From: Pseudomonadota bacterium
Lineage (GTDB): Bacteria > Bdellovibrionota_B > Oligoflexia > Oligoflexales > CAIYRB01
Direction: 5' to 3'
NCBI GenBank assembly: GCA_031416315.1
Contig: JANOTL010000065.1
Span: 24,157-88,156 of the forward strand
Length of the DNA: 64,000 nt
The notes under the pieces were generated by a model. The model was not told the origin of the DNA, made no database searches, and saw only the letters and a program-made list of their open reading frames with translations. Within the stretch, counting starts at the first letter, position 1; every line of letters begins with the position of its first letter. This document shows positions 62,241 through 64,000 of this stretch, one piece after another. The position numbers were made by a program, and so were the translations under genes.

Positions 62241-62530
62241 AGGCTCACCAAAACTCCTTCGACCAACGCGACGCGCTCGTAAACCACGATCACGTCCGCA
62301 GCCGTCATCACCAAGGGCATCACGGTCACCGACACGTGCGCGCCCGTGCTCGTCGGCTTTGCCGTGTAAGGCGGCAGGTCCGCGAGCGCCAGAGCTTCGC
62401 GCACCGCCACCGCGACGCGCGCCGGAAAGTCCGCCGTCGCCTTGCCGATGAATTTGAACGTGAACGGGCCCGGGAAGCTGTGCTGGGCTTCGATCATCGC
62501 CAGAAACTCGGCTTTGCGCGCGTCGTCCAC
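62237..62530 (-). CDS. DUF493/YbeD-family protein
   Basis: HSFPGPFTFKFIG...STGAHVSVT...YERV...EGV. Confidence 0.85.
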   Translation of the reverse strand: MDDARKAEFLAMIEAQHSFPGPFTFKFIGKATADFPARVAVAVREALALADLPPYTAKPTSTGAHVSVTVMPLVMTAADVIVVYERVALVEGVLVSL

Positions 62531-62567
62531 GGCAAGGCCCTTATCACGCCAGGGCCGGGGCGAAAAC

Positions 62568-63779
62568 CTAAAAGTCGTAGTACGCGTGTAAGATCGCCAA
62601 AGTATCCGTGAGCTTACGCGTTCCCGTCTCGCTCCGCCGCCAGATCTCGAACTGCAAGAAGGGGATGGGGTGGAAATCGGCGAACACCGAGCGGCGCAGC
62701 CCGTCGGTCGCCGCGTCGTGCAGCTCCTCCTGCACGTAGCCCAGGATCACGCCGGGAAGACCCGCGAACGCCGCGGTCATCTCGTCGATCCGCGACGAGG
62801 GATGCACGCGGATCGAAGGGGATAGGACCGGCACCGAAGGCTCGAGCTCCTCGACCTGCCGCCAATTGCGCTCGGCCATGAAGATGAATTTCCACGGCTT
62901 GAGCCCGAGCCCCAGGGCCCGCATCTTGATCTGCGCCTTCTCCGACTGCGTGTCCCAAAGCGAGGTGTTGACGTGCCACGCCATGGTCACGCCGCGCATG
63001 CCGCCGTGGAAGCTGGTGCCCTTTTGTCGATCCTCGGGCTCAGCGTAAGGATCGCCCAGCATGAGGCTTCCGCGCAGGAAGGGGACGTTCGGCGTGCCGC
63101 CGACCTCGACCGCCTCGGTCGTCGCGAACTGGTCGAGCCCCAGGCGCTCGCGAATCCACAGCGTGTGGTTCGGCCGGCGGACGCCGTACATCGGCGGACC
63201 TTTGTAAGCCCGAACGTAGGTCGCAAGCGGCAGCTGATCGATCATCAGGGAGTATTTCTCATGGAAGCGCCGCTCGTCCTCGCGCAAAGCGCGGTAGCTC
63301 GTGTCGCCGATTCGCCCCATGAACAAGGCGGTATAGGTCGCATGCACGTACTCGACGAAAGGCCGCACGCGGAGCGTAAACTCCGAGGCCATCGGGAACG
63401 TGCGCTGATCGCTCGCCGTCGCGCGCCGGATCACGCGCCCGTCGTAATGCACGTCGAAGCGACTTTTGTCCTCGAGGGGATCCTGCACCTTGAAAAAGCG
63501 TACCGGCGTCGCTTGCTGCGTCTCGTACCAGTAGCCCCATTGACTGCGCGCCCCGGCGCCTGCCGGATCGATATGGCAGCCCTGGCAGTCGAGGGTGCAT
63601 CGCCTTTCCAGAACCGGCCGCTGACCGCGTCCCCGCTTGTGGCAGCCCTGGCAGTTATCGGCCTCTTTCAAGGCGAGCAGCGGCGTCGCCGCGGCGCGCG
63701 GCGCGAAGCTGAGACCGAGGCCGAGCATCGCTGCGAGCACGCTCGCGGCAGCCGTGATAGACTGGAGCCAGATCATCAC
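62568..63779 (-). CDS. Diheme cytochrome c fused to an outer-membrane beta-barrel
   Basis: Signal peptide; CQGCH twice; amphipathic strands; C-terminal LHAYYDF. Confidence 0.7.
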   Translation of the reverse strand: MMIWLQSITAAASVLAAMLGLGLSFAPRAAATPLLALKEADNCQGCHKRGRGQRPVLERRCTLDCQGCHIDPAGAGARSQWGYWYETQQATPVRFFKVQDPLEDKSRFDVHYDGRVIRRATASDQRTFPMASEFTLRVRPFVEYVHATYTALFMGRIGDTSYRALREDERRFHEKYSLMIDQLPLATYVRAYKGPPMYGVRRPNHTLWIRERLGLDQFATTEAVEVGGTPNVPFLRGSLMLGDPYAEPEDRQKGTSFHGGMRGVTMAWHVNTSLWDTQSEKAQIKMRALGLGLKPWKFIFMAERNWRQVEELEPSVPVLSPSIRVHPSSRIDEMTAAFAGLPGVILGYVQEELHDAATDGLRRSVFADFHPIPFLQFEIWRRSETGTRKLTDTLAILHAYYDF

Positions 63780-63840
63780 AGGTTCATGGCCCTAATTTGC
63801 CAAGTTTTCGTGGGGCTTTATGGGGCATCATAACAGACTC

Positions 63841-64000
63841 GTGACCATCGGCATCCAAGCGCGCGACTCCCTCATGCGCGAGCTGCGGCGCGGCGCCGGG
63901 GCCGTGATCCCGGCGTTCGCGATCGGCACGGCCTGCGGCGCCCTTTTGGCGGCCGCGAGCTTGGGCGCCGCCGGCATGGCCGCCACCCGCGCTGCCGAGC
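63841..64000 (+). CDS. Partial hypothetical membrane protein running off the window
   Basis: Open GC3-rich frame from GTG 63841 with hydrophobic AVIPAFAIGTACGALLAAASLG. Confidence 0.45.
   Translation, partial: MTIGIQARDSLMRELRRGAGAVIPAFAIGTACGALLAAASLGAAGMAATRAAE

Overview
High-GC bacterial chromosomal window, almost fully coding, with about 45 genes. I recognised no rRNA, tRNA or CRISPR array. The gene mix (TIGR02147/DUF4423 HTH protein, DUF4360 protein, membrane-sensor CheA-like kinase, many orphan lipoproteins and beta-barrels) suggests Bdellovibrionota/Oligoflexia-like origin; this is inference only. Recognisable genes: YhdP/AsmA-like protein, methylmalonate-semialdehyde dehydrogenase, uridine kinase, alpha-2-macroglobulin and PBP1C (about 10 kb apart), FixJ-like regulator, a sugar epimerase/GT2/methyltransferase cassette, Zn-phospholipase C, trans-sulfuration enzyme, Grx4, metallophosphoesterase and DUF493. 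Items worth a second look: (1) an islet at about 6.0-12.4 kb with two tandem GGQ-less baeRF3/Balon-like genes, an NhaR-like LysR, and an operon of an unannotated 50-aa membrane peptide coupled to a beta-carbonic anhydrase and a decayed SulP; (2) a 346-bp MITE with a 6-bp target duplication and a probable IS5 transposase remnant; (3) a tightly coupled operon of a cytochrome c/collagen/Ca-binding fusion, a His-Cys lipoprotein, a TPR protein and a heme-oxygenase-like diiron protein, next to a signal-peptide-bearing NADAR; (4) recurring sigma28-like promoters, three of them positioned to give leaderless mRNAs; (5) a diheme cytochrome-beta-barrel fusion; (6) a GAF protein with a possibly divergent nucleotide-cyclase core. 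All family calls come from motifs recognised by eye; no searches were run.
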